From positions 12,005 through 76,004 of the forward strand of contig CAIJXH010000014.1 of assembly GCA_903824595.1 (NCBI GenBank): a DNA stretch of 64,000 bases, read 5' to 3'. Below, one piece after another: positions 62,014-64,000 of this stretch; positions within the stretch are counted from its first letter, which is position 1; every line of letters begins with the position of its first letter. A model generated the notes under the pieces. The model saw only the letters and a program-made list of their open reading frames with translations, ran no database searches and was not told the origin of the DNA. The stretch comes from an uncultured bacterium (GTDB lineage Bacteria > Patescibacteriota > Minisyncoccia > Phycocordibacterales > UBA2100). The position numbers and the translations under genes are program-made.

Positions 62014-62589
62014 ATGCGGATCGTTGTATTCGACATTGAAACCACAAACTGGCTCGCCGACACTGGCTCTAGCGACCCCGCAAGTCTCACCATAGCGCTT
62101 GTAGGTATACATGATTCAGAAACAGGATACTCAAGTTACATAGAACAAGATCTTCCGAAATTGTGGCCGATTATCGAGCGAACTGACGTGCTTATCGGGT
62201 GGAATTCCGACCACTTCGATATTCCCCTCCTAAACAAATATTACCCGGGCGATCTCACTCGTATAAAAAGTGTTGATCTCATGAAAGAATTCCAACCATT
62301 TGTTGGCAGACGATTGAAACTCGACGCAGTTGCAGAAGGCACACTCAAAGATAAAAAACTAGACGGAAAAGGCGGGCAATCAATCATATGGTGGCGTAAC
62401 GGCGAGGTCGAAAAAGTGCGCGAATACTGCCTCAAAGACGTCGAGCTCACCAAGAAAATCTTTGACTACGCACTCGAGAAGAAAAGTATAAAATATGCGG
62501 AACTCGGCTCCATACGCGAGGTAAAAATCGACACCTCAAAATGGCTTATTGCGGACACCAAACCAATGACGTTTTCATTGGGATTTTGA
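62014..62589 (+). CDS. RNase H-like DEDD exonuclease (YprB-like)
   Basis: FDIET, WNSDHFD, VDLM, YCLKDV. Confidence 0.82.
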   Translation: MRIVVFDIETTNWLADTGSSDPASLTIALVGIHDSETGYSSYIEQDLPKLWPIIERTDVLIGWNSDHFDIPLLNKYYPGDLTRIKSVDLMKEFQPFVGRRLKLDAVAEGTLKDKKLDGKGGQSIIWWRNGEVEKVREYCLKDVELTKKIFDYALEKKSIKYAELGSIREVKIDTSKWLIADTKPMTFSLGF

Positions 62590-62791
62590 AGTTAGCGTAC
62601 TCACTCGATACATTGCAAAAAAGAGGACGAACATTGCGACATACTGACTAAACGCCATCACTACCTCCCTCTCTGTCTGGCGAGATACTGTATGCAAATG
62701 TGAAGAATGTCACGTGCCAGACAAACAACACAATGACGCTCAACGCGTCGGACGTCTGAAATGTTCTCGCAACAGCATCACTCATCGCTCC

Positions 62792-62951
62792 ATTCCTTAT
62801 TTCCTACGACCGTGGAAAATAAGGAATTGTATGGGTGCAGGATTATGAGAATTCGGATGAATGTAGATGTGAACACGATACAATGTAAAGAAATAGGCAA
62901 AAAAATAAATGACCGCCAAGCTTGCAGCAAGGCGGTCGCCAAGGATCATTC
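62792..62951 (-). repeat. Long non-coding repeat element, copy B, ending in palindrome copy 5 (62792-62827)
   Basis: Reverse complement is colinear with 6586-6813; begins at the lysS stop codon. Confidence 0.85.
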
Positions 62952-64000
62952 TATTCTGGGTCGCAAAAGCGGGAACAGCTGACATTCGTGAATGGGTTTG
63001 TTTTCGAGGAACGAGAAGAGGCGCTCGGATACACCGAAGCCGAACGCCGGCGGCATGCCGTATTCCATGGCGCTCACGTATTCGGTGTCGAGGCGCTGCG
63101 CTTCGTCGTCGCCGGCGTCGCGGAGCTTTTGCTGCTCTTCGAAACGCGCGCGCTGGTCGAGCGGGTCGTTGAGCTCACTGAATCCTTTTCCCATCTCCGA
63201 TCCCGCCATCACGATTTGGATTCGATCCACCGTATCGGGATTGTCCTTATGACGCTTTGCCAACGGTTCCAAAAATACGGGAATCCCCGTCAAAAATACC
63301 GGCCCGGAAATCCGTTTGCGAATCTTTTTCCACAGATGATCGACGGCGCGAGATTTGTTTGGTGTTTCGGTAAACACAATGCGCGCGTCTTTTGCCACCG
63401 CGATTGCTTCTTCTTCACTGCACGTCAGCGGATGCAGACCGAATTCTTTTTGAATCCGTTCACTAAAATCAATGACCTTCCATTCGTCAGCAAAATCTAC
63501 GGTGTGCTCGCCTATTTCAAACGTGTATTTTCCATACACTTCTTTCGCAATATGACGATACAAATCCTGCAAGAATTTTTTGCCGTACTCCGCATCGGCG
63601 TATGCTTCATAACTTTCTATCTGCGTGTAATCCTGCAAATGTTCGCGCGACTGCCCTTCGTTGCGGAAGATGCGCCCGATCTCAAACACTTTCGGAAAAC
63701 CAGCCACGAGCAGGCGCTTCTGCCACAGCTCGCCACAGGAGATGCGGAGGTACACGTCGATATCGAGAGCGTTGTGATGCGTGGCAAAAGGACGCGCATC
63801 GGCGCCACCGGGCATGGATTCCAAGACAGGCGTCTCCACTTCGGTAAATCCGCGCGCAATGTAAAATTGTCGGATCGCGTTCCAAAATTTGCTTTTGCGC
63901 TCAAACATCGCGCGTAGCTCGTGATCGAGCAGAATCGCCACGTCGCGCTCGCGCTGTTTCTTTTCTTCATCTTTGAGTCCAAACCATTCGTCGGGAATCG
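62946..64000 (-). CDS. lysS: Lysine--tRNA ligase (class II), 5' end outside the window
   Basis: GGADARPF.THHNAL, FRNEG, ELNDP, YGMPP..G.G. Confidence 0.95.
   Translation of the reverse strand, partial: IPDEWFGLKDEEKKQRERDVAILLDHELRAMFERKSKFWNAIRQFYIARGFTEVETPVLESMPGGADARPFATHHNALDIDVYLRISCGELWQKRLLVAGFPKVFEIGRIFRNEGQSREHLQDYTQIESYEAYADAEYGKKFLQDLYRHIAKEVYGKYTFEIGEHTVDFADEWKVIDFSERIQKEFGLHPLTCSEEEAIAVAKDARIVFTETPNKSRAVDHLWKKIRKRISGPVFLTGIPVFLEPLAKRHKDNPDTVDRIQIVMAGSEMGKGFSELNDPLDQRARFEEQQKLRDAGDDEAQRLDTEYVSAMEYGMPPAFGFGVSERLFSFLENKPIHECQLFPLLRPRIE

Noticed and set aside
62922-63917. 331-aa plus-strand ORF
   Set aside because: Antisense shadow of lysS.

Overview
Core chromosomal segment of a small-genome bacterium, most likely Patescibacteria/CPR (Parcubacteria-like). 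This assignment is inferred from gene content, shortened AtpH/AtpC, tRNAs without encoded CCA and tight gene packing. Standard code 11. Housekeeping content: thrA-asd-gdhA, murG-gltX, rpmA/rplI, cysS, the F1Fo operon, a dcd-thyA-folA/tmk-glyA dTMP cluster, dnaG-rpoD, tRNA-Ala and tRNA-Arg, prs, rpoBC, hisS and a partial lysS. The most notable signals are non-coding. (1) A 32-36 bp palindrome (TTCCTTATTTCCYACGGYCGTGGGAAATAAGGAA) occurs five times. Two copies tightly bracket a wHTH + Cas2-like (PaaX-like) gene. A longer upstream element reappears after lysS with a single hybrid-looking palindrome and no gene, resembling an empty site. (2) A type III hammerhead ribozyme fold lies in a self-contained orphan-gene island at 34.3-35.7 kb. 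(3) Short palindromes are embedded in atpD, atpG and folA. (4) A dif-like 11-6-11 site lies at 13249. (5) Core genes show a leaderless promoter layout, whereas orphan genes carry -35/-10/SD signals. All calls were made by eye; no database searches or folding programs were run.
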